Assembly: GCA_020444475.1 (NCBI GenBank)
Contig: JAHLKV010000004.1
Location: 6,494 to 70,493, forward strand
Length of the DNA stretch: 64,000 bases
Direction of reading: 5' to 3'
From: a bacterium
GTDB lineage: Bacteria > Zixibacteria > MSB-5A5 > GN15 > FEB-12
Shown: one piece after another, positions 29,373 through 38,000 of the stretch
Layout: the number at the start of each line of letters is the position of its first letter
Position numbering within the stretch: the first letter of the stretch is position 1
The notes under the pieces: generated by a model
Seen by the model: only the letters and a program-made list of their open reading frames with translations
Databases searched by the model: none
What the model was told of the DNA's origin: nothing
Translations under genes and position numbers: made by a program

Positions 29373-30883
29373 TGTTTCAACGGTATCTGAGGTTCATTCG
29401 CGGGGTCGCGGTCAATCGCGTGGGAATGATCGGGGTCGTCCTGACGACCTCGTCGTTCATCACGTTCGTGATTCTCGAATTGGCGCGCCTGGCGGGGTTG
29501 CTGACCAATGCCTATATCGGGCTGGTGACGTACCTGCTGTTTCCGAGCTTGTTTGTGATCGGCCTGGTGCTGATTCCGATCGGCTGGCGTCTTCGCAAGA
29601 AACAAACCGGCCGCACGACGCGGGAACTGTTGTCCGATCAGTTTGCACCGGATGATACAAAGGGCGGGCTGTTCGGATCGCGGGTCTTCATGATAGTCGG
29701 TATGTTCACCCTGGCCAACGTGATCTTCCTTGGCGCCGCGAGCACTCGGATGCTCGGCTTCATGGATGAGGCGGAGTTCTGCGGAACGGCCTGTCACAGC
29801 GTCATGAATCCGGAATGGGTGACCTATCAGGATTCGCCGCACGCGCGAGTGAAGTGCGTGGAGTGTCATGTCGGCGAAGGAGTCGGCGCCCTGGTGGACA
29901 GCAAGCTGAATGGGACGTGGCAGATGATATCGGTGACGTTTGATCTGCTCGAGCGACCGATTCCCACGCCGGTGCACCAGCTTCGCCCGGCCCGCGAAAC
30001 GTGCGAGAAATGCCACTGGCCGGACAAGTTCTACGGCAGCCGCCTGAAGACGCTGGTGCACTATCAGCGGGATAGTCTGTCAACGCCGCAGTATACGACG
30101 TTGAATCTGAAGGTCGATGCCGGTCGGGCCGGCAACAAAAGCGGGATTCACTGGCATGTGGCGGCTGAGAACGAAGTGCGATATGTGTCGGTCGATGACG
30201 AACGGGAGGAGATGGTTTTGGTGGAGGTCCGGCAGCCGGACGGTTCGTTTAAGCGGTATCGCAACAGCGCATTGATAGATCCGGAGACCGCTGCGACGGC
30301 GACCGAGGCGCGATCGCTGGACTGCATCGACTGCCACAACCGCGCGACGCATATCTATGAGCAGCCCGGTCCTGCGCTGGACAAGCGGATGGAACTGGGA
30401 TTACTGCCACGCACGCTGCCGTATCTCAAGCGCGAGGCGCTGGCGGCGCTCACGACGAACTACCCGGACTCGGTCGCGGCGCGCGACGGAATCGCGAACC
30501 ATCTGTACGGGTTCTACCAGCGGCAGTTTCCTAAGGTTGCGACCCAGCAGTCGGCCGCCATCGACAGTGCCATTTCGGTTTTGCAGGCGGTCTATTTCCG
30601 CAACGTTCATCACGGCATGAACATCACCTGGGGCGCATACGAAAGCCATATCGGACATCGTGGCAATAAGGACGGCTGCTTCCGCTGCCATAACCCGAAT
30701 ATGATTGCGGAGGATGGGGAGGCGATTCGGAGCGACTGCACCATGTGTCACTCGATTCTGGCGTTTGATGAAACGCGACCGTTCGCCTACCTGAATGCGC
30801 TCGATACAACCGATGCAGAGTACCGGATGCACGAGTCCCTTCGGCAGGAGTTCCTTCGCTTTATGGAAGAGCAGGCAGAGTGA
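29372..30883 (+). CDS. Membrane-anchored multihaem cytochrome c (3 TM + NapC/NirT-like region; ImcH-like architecture)
   Basis: 503 aa. GTG start shares one nt with the upstream stop (TAGTG). Three N-terminal TM helices. Five CXXCH (CVECH, CEKCH, CIDCH, CFRCH, CTMCH) plus one CX3CH (CGTACH). Confidence 0.75.
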   Translation: MFQRYLRFIRGVAVNRVGMIGVVLTTSSFITFVILELARLAGLLTNAYIGLVTYLLFPSLFVIGLVLIPIGWRLRKKQTGRTTRELLSDQFAPDDTKGGLFGSRVFMIVGMFTLANVIFLGAASTRMLGFMDEAEFCGTACHSVMNPEWVTYQDSPHARVKCVECHVGEGVGALVDSKLNGTWQMISVTFDLLERPIPTPVHQLRPARETCEKCHWPDKFYGSRLKTLVHYQRDSLSTPQYTTLNLKVDAGRAGNKSGIHWHVAAENEVRYVSVDDEREEMVLVEVRQPDGSFKRYRNSALIDPETAATATEARSLDCIDCHNRATHIYEQPGPALDKRMELGLLPRTLPYLKREALAALTTNYPDSVAARDGIANHLYGFYQRQFPKVATQQSAAIDSAISVLQAVYFRNVHHGMNITWGAYESHIGHRGNKDGCFRCHNPNMIAEDGEAIRSDCTMCHSILAFDETRPFAYLNALDTTDAEYRMHESLRQEFLRFMEEQAE

Positions 30884-30895
30884 AGATTCCTTGTC

Positions 30896-31603
30896 ATGGC
30901 GGTCGGTTTTGTGTATCCATGCCTCATGAATGCCGCCGACCGACTCAAATCGGGACCACTCTTTTCTGAACTGGACGTCGACGAGATCGCCGCGCTGTCG
31001 TCGATCGTCAGCTACAAGTCGATTTCTCGTGGCGGGGTGCTGTTTCTCGAAGGTGACCCCGCCACCGGATTTTTCGTGCTGCTCAGCGGCAGTGTCCGGA
31101 TTTACAAAGCGTCCCCCGACGGCAAGGAGTACACGCTGCACCGAATTCGTCCCGGGCAGATGTTCGCCGAGGCGGCGATTTTCCGCGGTCGCGGTTTCCC
31201 GGCGAATTGCATGGCGCTCGAAGACTCGGAGGTGGCGTTTTTCCCGAAGGTCGGATTTGTCGATTTGCTGGCGAACTCGCCTCAGATCGCGCTGAAAATT
31301 ATCGGCAGTCTCTCCAACTGGCTTCGGGAGTTCACCCGGAAGCTGGAAGAGCTGTCGCTGAAGGAGGTTCCGGCGCGGGTGGCGTTTTACCTGCTTCGAC
31401 GACTCGATGCCGCCAACTCCGAGACATTTCAACTCGACACCAGTAAGACCGAACTGGCCGCCCAGCTCGGGACGATCATAGAAACCCTCTCCAGAACCTT
31501 CCGGAAACTTCGCGACGCAGGTATTATCTCTATGAATGGTAGAGAGATAACAGTGTTAGACCGGGAGCGGCTTGAGGCCGTCGCCGACGGCGAAAAAATC
31601 TGA
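30896..31603 (+). CDS. Crp/Fnr-family transcriptional regulator (no FNR-type Cys cluster; HcpR/Dnr-like)
   Basis: cNMP-binding-like beta-roll (GGVLFLEGDPATGFFVLLSGSVRIYKASPDGKEYTLHRIRPGQMFAE). HTH with recognition helix ETLSR (E--SR motif). Alternative start at ATG 30926. Confidence 0.85.
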   Translation: MAVGFVYPCLMNAADRLKSGPLFSELDVDEIAALSSIVSYKSISRGGVLFLEGDPATGFFVLLSGSVRIYKASPDGKEYTLHRIRPGQMFAEAAIFRGRGFPANCMALEDSEVAFFPKVGFVDLLANSPQIALKIIGSLSNWLREFTRKLEELSLKEVPARVAFYLLRRLDAANSETFQLDTSKTELAAQLGTIIETLSRTFRKLRDAGIISMNGREITVLDRERLEAVADGEKI

Positions 31604-31608
31604 ACCGG

Positions 31609-31622
31609 TTGACCTAAGTCAA
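31609..31622. promoter_or_regulatory. Crp/Fnr-type box TTGAC-CTAA-GTCAA
   Basis: 14-bp element with perfect inverted TTGAC/GTCAA arms, 5 nt after the crp-like stop and 71 nt upstream of ATG 31694. Nearly the same spacing as box 1 has to its gene. Confidence 0.6.
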
Positions 31623-31693
31623 GGGATAATATAGACCGGTTTCCGACATTATCGACAGGAAGCGCAATCACTGCCGAGATGAAGGAGGCCGCT

Positions 31694-32461
31694 ATGCCGG
31701 TGAGAGATATTATCAGGATCGACGAAAATAAGTGCGATGGCTGTGGGGACTGTGTCACCGCCTGCGCCGAAGGGGCGTTGCAGATTATCGACGGCAAAGC
31801 GAAACTGGTCAGCGACATCTACTGCGACGGTCTTGGGATGTGTATCGGCAACTGTCCGCAGGGGGCGATAACGATCGAGAAGCGAGAGGCCGACGAGTAC
31901 GACGAGGAAGCGGTCGAGGCGCATCTGGCGGGTCAGGGTCAACCGCAGCCGGAGCCGATTTCATTGCAGGTTCCCCATGCCTGTCCGGGATCAATGGCGC
32001 GCAGTTTCGGAACCGCAGCCGAGCCGAACTCGACGCCGGCGGCTCTCAGCGGAGTGCCTTCGCAGTTAAGGCAATGGCCGGTGCAGTTAATGCTGGTACC
32101 GCCGCATGCTCCGTATCTGAGAGACGCCGATATCCTCATCTGTGCCGACTGTGTGCCGTTTGCGGTCCCCGATTTCCACAGCCGGTTCCTGGCGGGGCGG
32201 GCATTGCTGGTTGGATGTCCCAAGCTCGATGACGTGCAGTTCTATCTCCAGAAACTGACTCAGATTTTCGCTGAGGCGAAACCACGCCGGATCACCGTGC
32301 TCAAGATGGAGGTACCGTGCTGTAACGGAATCGCTCAGGTGACAAAGATGGCGAGAGATCAGGCGGCGCCGGAAGTTCCGATCGACGTCCACACGGTGGG
32401 TGTGCGCGGCGATATCAGCACGCATCATGCGCCGGGTGGCATGCGCAGGGAAGCGATGTAG
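31694..32461 (+). CDS. Soluble 4Fe-4S dicluster domain protein
   Basis: CDGCGDCVTAC and CDGLGMCIGNCP ferredoxin motifs at the N-terminus, plus a Cys-containing C-terminal domain (CADCVPF, GCPKLD, VPCCNG). ATG 31694 is preceded by AAGGAGG; the ORF track starts at 31679. Confidence 0.75.
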   Translation: MPVRDIIRIDENKCDGCGDCVTACAEGALQIIDGKAKLVSDIYCDGLGMCIGNCPQGAITIEKREADEYDEEAVEAHLAGQGQPQPEPISLQVPHACPGSMARSFGTAAEPNSTPAALSGVPSQLRQWPVQLMLVPPHAPYLRDADILICADCVPFAVPDFHSRFLAGRALLVGCPKLDDVQFYLQKLTQIFAEAKPRRITVLKMEVPCCNGIAQVTKMARDQAAPEVPIDVHTVGVRGDISTHHAPGGMRREAM

Positions 32462-32475
32462 CCGAAGCGGGTTGG

Positions 32476-33609
32476 ATGATGAACGTTATGACTGAGACGA
32501 AGCGGCAGGTGGCTGAGCGGCCGAAACCAATTCGCAACCGGGAGAAGCCGATTCAGAAGGTCCGCTTCTGGGTACAGACGGCCTTCGCGGCGTTATGCGT
32601 CTGGATCGGTCTGGAGATGTTTTTGTTCGTTCGCTATCTCGAGTCGAACGGCCAGACGACGTTTATAGAGCGGCCGCCGGGAGTCGACGGGTTTCTTCCG
32701 ATTAGCTCACTCATGAACCTCTACTACTGGGTGCACACGGGGGAGATACACCCGTATCATCCGGCCGGCCTGTTCATTCTGCTGGCGATCATCCTCATGT
32801 CGCTGGTGTTCGGCAAGTCGTTCTGTTCCTGGCTTTGTCCGGCGGGGTTTATCTCCGAGGTGGTTGGTGATCTGGGTAAGAAGCTGTTTGGGAAAAACTT
32901 CCGCGTGCCTCGCTGGTTGGACTGGCCGCTTCGCAGCCTGAAGTACCTTCTGCTGGGCTTCTTCGCCTACTCGATCTTTTTTCTGATGAATGAAACGGCC
33001 CTTCGCCTGTTTCTCGACAGTCCGTATAATCTCGTGTCCGATATCAAGATGTACTATTTCTTCGCCGACATCTCCCGGTTTGCGCTTATCGTGATTGGAG
33101 GGCTGCTGCTGGCCTCGCTGTTCGTGCGCAACTTCTGGTGTCGGTATCTCTGTCCGTACGGCGCTTTGCTGGGTGTTGTCTCGCTTCTCAGTCCGCACAA
33201 GATCAGGCGCAATCCGATCTCCTGTATTGACTGCGCGAAGTGTGCGAAGGTCTGCCCGTCGTCGATCAAGGTCGACAAAGTCAGGACGGTGGTCTCCGAT
33301 GAATGCACGGCCTGCATGAGTTGTGTCGATGTCTGTCCGATCGCAGACACGCTGCATCTGCAGTCGCTGGTTACACGAAAGCGGGTCAACAAGCGGAGTG
33401 TGGCTATCGGCGTGGTAGCGATCTTCATGCTGGTAACGGGGTTCGGGATGCTGACCGGTCATTGGCAGAACGATGTTCCCCGCGAGGAATACCTTCGGCA
33501 CCAGGAGTATCTTGACAGCTATGGACACCCGACCCGAACGCAGGACATCTCCCGTCTCCGCGACGAAGATGGCGCGGAGGGTGCGTTTCAAACCCGGGAC
33601 GGGCGCTGA
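32476..33609 (+). CDS. Membrane polyferredoxin, NapH/MauN/YccM-like 4Fe-4S binding protein
   Basis: TM helices with CSWLCPAG and CRYLCPYG motifs, then CIDCAKCAKVCP and CTACMSCVDVCP ferredoxin motifs. Confidence 0.8.
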   Translation: MMNVMTETKRQVAERPKPIRNREKPIQKVRFWVQTAFAALCVWIGLEMFLFVRYLESNGQTTFIERPPGVDGFLPISSLMNLYYWVHTGEIHPYHPAGLFILLAIILMSLVFGKSFCSWLCPAGFISEVVGDLGKKLFGKNFRVPRWLDWPLRSLKYLLLGFFAYSIFFLMNETALRLFLDSPYNLVSDIKMYYFFADISRFALIVIGGLLLASLFVRNFWCRYLCPYGALLGVVSLLSPHKIRRNPISCIDCAKCAKVCPSSIKVDKVRTVVSDECTACMSCVDVCPIADTLHLQSLVTRKRVNKRSVAIGVVAIFMLVTGFGMLTGHWQNDVPREEYLRHQEYLDSYGHPTRTQDISRLRDEDGAEGAFQTRDGR

Positions 33610-33646
33610 CAGCACAGTGTAACAACCGACTTTTTCAGGATTATGG

Positions 33647-33674
33647 TTGACATGGCCGGAATAATGGATATCAT
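33647..33674 (+). promoter_or_regulatory. Sigma70-like promoter candidate upstream of carAB
   Basis: TTGACA (33647..33652), 16-nt spacer, TATCAT (33669..33674). Implies a ~225-nt leader before ATG 33906. Confidence 0.4.
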
Positions 33675-33905
33675 GTAACCATGTTAGCGCGTCGTCGCAC
33701 AGTACCGGATCCACATTTCCACGCACACCTGCCCCCATTCCACCGGTTTTTGGACCGACGCGTCCCCGGTTCCCGCTATTTCCACGATGGTAAGGGAGAT
33801 GGTCGATAGGCCATCGTCGCTCCGGCCGCTTCGGCGGTTATCTACTCGTTATTCTATTTCACGTGTCAATTTGGAGTTGCCCGTCAATATGTTTGAGGAA
33901 AGCAC

Positions 33906-35042
33906 ATGCCCTCGCACAGCACATTAATTCTAGAGAATGGTACCAGCATCCGTGGTGAGTCGTTCGGCGCTTACAAAGAGACCGCCGGCGAGGTTGTATT
34001 CAACACCGGGATGGTCGGATACCCGGAAACACTCACCGATCCGTCTTATCGCGGCCAGATTCTCGTGATGACCTATCCGCTGGTCGGGAACTATGGTGTA
34101 CCGGAGCCGAAGAGGGATCGATTCGGTCTGCCGCTCGGGTTCGAGTCTGAACGGATTCAGATTGCCGGTTTGGTCGTATCGGAGCACTCGATGCGCTACA
34201 GCCACCACACGGCGGTGCGCAGTTTGTCCGACTGGATGGAGCGCGAAGGGATTCCCGGTCTGTGTGGGGTGGACACCCGTTCCCTGACCCGCCTGCTTCG
34301 CGACAAGGGCAGCATGCTCGGAAAGCTCGAGACCGACAGTGCCACCTGCGAGTTTTTCGATCCCAACGCCGGTGACCTGGCATCGCAGGTGAGCGTATCG
34401 GAGGTCACACGGTTGGAATCGGGGGTTGAGTCGGCGCCGACGGTGGTGCTGGTCGATTGCGGATGCAAAGCGAATATCGCGCGGAGTCTGCTCAGTCGCG
34501 GATTGAATGTCGTCCGCGTTCCGCACAATCATTACTTCCTCAACATGGATTTCGACGGTCTGGTGATCTCCAACGGTCCGGGGGATCCGAAGATGTTCTC
34601 CGAGACGACGCGCAATGTTGAACGGGCTCTCGCGGTCGGCAAGCCGATCCTGGGGATTTGTCTGGGCAATCAGATTCTGGCCCGGGCGGTCGGCGCCGAG
34701 ACGTACAAGCTGAAATTCGGTCACCGTTCTCACAATCAACCGTGTATTGAGATGAAGGTCAACGGCAACGGAAATGGCAACGGGCATAGCTTGGAGTCAT
34801 TGCGTACACCGGTCACCGGCCGGTGTGTGATCACCTCGCAGAATCACGGCTACGCGGTCCGTCGCGAAGGGCTCCCGCCGGACTGGCGGGTCTGGTTCAC
34901 CAATGCCAATGACGGAACAGTAGAGGGGATTCGGCACGTCAGCCGACCGTTTGCATCGGTGCAGTTTCATCCGGAGGCGAAACCGGGACCGGTCGACACG
35001 GCCTGGATATTCGACGACTTCGCGAAAGAGGTGAAGAAATGA
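33906..35042 (+). CDS. carA: Carbamoyl-phosphate synthase small (glutaminase) subunit
   Basis: 378 aa. GEVVFNTGMVGYPETLTDPSYRGQILVMTYPLVGNYG, catalytic Cys in GICLGNQILA, SQNHGYAV, SVQFHPE. Contains an extra loop VNGNGNGNGHSLESLRTPVT. Confidence 0.95.
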   Translation: MPSHSTLILENGTSIRGESFGAYKETAGEVVFNTGMVGYPETLTDPSYRGQILVMTYPLVGNYGVPEPKRDRFGLPLGFESERIQIAGLVVSEHSMRYSHHTAVRSLSDWMEREGIPGLCGVDTRSLTRLLRDKGSMLGKLETDSATCEFFDPNAGDLASQVSVSEVTRLESGVESAPTVVLVDCGCKANIARSLLSRGLNVVRVPHNHYFLNMDFDGLVISNGPGDPKMFSETTRNVERALAVGKPILGICLGNQILARAVGAETYKLKFGHRSHNQPCIEMKVNGNGNGNGHSLESLRTPVTGRCVITSQNHGYAVRREGLPPDWRVWFTNANDGTVEGIRHVSRPFASVQFHPEAKPGPVDTAWIFDDFAKEVKK

Positions 35043-38000
35043 GCGGTACCCACGGCAACGGTCATTCACTTCCCGATACCGTCCTCGTGCTCGGCAGTTC
35101 CGCATTGAAGATTGGTGAAGCCGGGGAGTTCGACTACTCCGGCAGCCAGGCGATTAAGGCGTTGAAAGAGGAGGGGATCCGGACGATCCTGATCAATCCG
35201 AATGTCGCCACTATTCAGACGTCGGAGAATTTTGCAGACGAGGTCTATTTCACGCCGGTCACACCGTATTTCGTCGAGAAAGTGATCGAAGAAGAAAAGC
35301 CCGATGCGGTTTTGCTCGGGTTTGGCGGGCAGACCGCGCTCAACTGCGGCGTCGAGTTGTACCGCCAGGGCGTGTTCGAGAGGCACGGTGTGAAGGTCCT
35401 GGGGGCGCCGATCGAGTCGATCCTTGACACCGAGGACCGTGAGCGATTTGTCGGCCGGTTGAGCGAGATCAATGTTGCGACGGCGCGCAGTGTACCGACG
35501 AAATCGGTCGACGAAGCCCTGGCGGCGGCCTCGAAGATCGGCTATCCGGTCATGGCGCGGGTGGCGTACGCGCTGGGCGGACTCGGCTCCGGGATATGTC
35601 GCGATGAAGCTGCCCTGCGAGAGCTGGCGCGACGCGCCTTTGCGCATACCGAGCAGGTTCTGATTGAAGAATACCTCGAGGGTTGGAAAGAGATCGAGTA
35701 CGAAGTAGTCCGCGACAGCAGCGACAACTGCATCACCGTCTGCAATATGGAAAACCTCGATCCCATGGGGATCCACACCGGTGAGAGCATTGTCGTAGCG
35801 CCGAGTCAGACGTTGACCGACGACGAGTACCAGATGCTCCGCGAGATTGCTATCCGGGTGGTTCGGCATCTGGGGATTGTCGGCGAGTGCAACATCCAGT
35901 ATGCCCTGTCGCCGCACGAGCGGGAATATCGCGTCATCGAGATCAACGCCCGACTCTCGCGCAGTTCCGCGCTGGCCTCGAAGGCGACCGGGTATCCGCT
36001 GGCGTTCGTCGCGGCCAAGCTGGCGCTGGGCAGACCGCTGACCGAGATCAGCAACTCGGTCACGCAGGTGACACGTGCCTGTTTTGAACCGGCGCTGGAC
36101 TATATCGTGGTCAAGGCGCCGCGCTGGGACTTGAAGAAGTTCGAGGGTGTGTCGGAGCGGATAGGGTCGGCCATGAAGTCGGTGGGCGAGGTGATGGCGA
36201 TCGGACGCAAATTCGAAGAAGCCCTTCAGAAAGCCCTGCGCATGCTTGAGACCGGTGCCCGCGGGGTGGTGCTCAACGACGGAATCACGTTCAACGACTT
36301 GCGTACGTCGCTGGCGGAGCCGACCGAGTGGCGTATCTTCGCGGTTGCTGAAGCGCTCAAGACCGGCATGTCGGTCGATGAGATTCACGAGATAACCCAC
36401 ATTAATACATGGTTTCTCGACAAGATTGCGGCGATCGTCGAAATAGAGCAGCAGCTTCGCGAGGTCGGAGCCGGTGAGCTTGACCGTGAGTTGCTGCTCA
36501 AAGCCAAGCGTCACGGTTTCTCCGATGCCCAGGTCGGTGTCGCGATCGATCGTAATGAAGACTTCGTGCGGGGCAAGCGTCGCGAGATGGACCTTCGTCC
36601 GGTCGTAAAGCAAATCGACACCCTCGCCGCCGAGTACCCCGCTCAAACGAACTATCTGTACCTGACATACAACGGCAGTGACGACGATGTCTCGTTCGGT
36701 CAGGAAGGCAGCGTGATGATTCTCGGTCCGGGGGCGTACCGGATCGGCAGCTCTGTCGAGTTTGACTGGTGCTGTGTGAACGCAGCCCGGACGCTTCGCG
36801 AACTGGGTTATCGCACGTTGATGGTGAACTACAATCCGGAGACGGTGAGCACCGACTACGACGAGTGCGATCGGCTGTATTTCGATGAGCTGTCGTTTGA
36901 GACGGTGGCGGATATCTACGAGATGGAGCGCCCGATGGGGATGCTCCTGTCGGTCGGTGGACAGATTCCGAACAGTCTGGCGATGCGCTGCTACCGGGCC
37001 GGCATGCGGGTGCTGGGAACATCGCCGCGCGATATCGACCGCGCCGAGAACCGTCACACTTTCTCGAGTTTGCTGGAGGAGTTGAAGCTGCCGCAGCCCG
37101 ACTGGCGCGAGCTGACATCGATGGATGACATTTATTCCTTCGCGAAAGATGTCGGTTATCCGGTAATCATACGACCGTCGTATGTGCTGTCGGGCGCCGC
37201 GATGGCGGTCGCCGGGACCGACGAGGAGCTGAAAACCTACCTGGACAAAGCAGCGGAGATCTCGCGCGACCAGCCGGTTGTGGTCAGTAAGTTCGTCGAG
37301 GACGCCAAAGAGATAGACGTCGATGCGGTCGCCCGCGACGGTGAGCTGGTGTGCTGGGCAGTGTCCGAGCATGTCGAAAACGCCGGCGTGCATTCCGGTG
37401 ATGCGACTCTGGTGCTGCCGCCTCAGCGTACGTATCTGGAGACGATGCGCCGTATTCGTCGGGTGACAAACCAGGTGGCCGAGTCGCTCTCGATCAACGG
37501 GCCGTTCAATATCCAGTTTCTGGCCAAGCTCAACCAGGTGATGGTGATAGAATGCAATCTGAGAGCTTCGCGCTCTTTCCCTTTCGTATCGAAAGTTCTC
37601 AAACGGAACTTCATCGATACCGCGACGCGCGTGATCATGGGTCGTCCGGTAGACCCGTCTGATCAGTCGTTTCTCGACCTCGATTATGTCGGGGTCAAGG
37701 CGCCGCATTTCTCGTTCAGTCGACTGGAGGGGGCCGATCCGACACTGGGTGTGGAGATGGCGTCGACCGGCGAGGTTGCCTGCCTGGGGTGGGATTTCGA
37801 CGAGGCCTTCTTGAAGGCGCTTATTTCGGTAGGGTTCCGTCTGCCGCTCAAGCGGGTGCTGTTGTCGACCGGTCCTATCGAAAGTAAAGCCGCCTTCATG
37901 CGCGGGGCGCGCAATCTCGAGGAAATGGGCGTGCAATTCTATGCGACACAGGGCACGGCGGACTTCATGCGCACGGCCGGACTCGAACCGGAAGTGCTTC

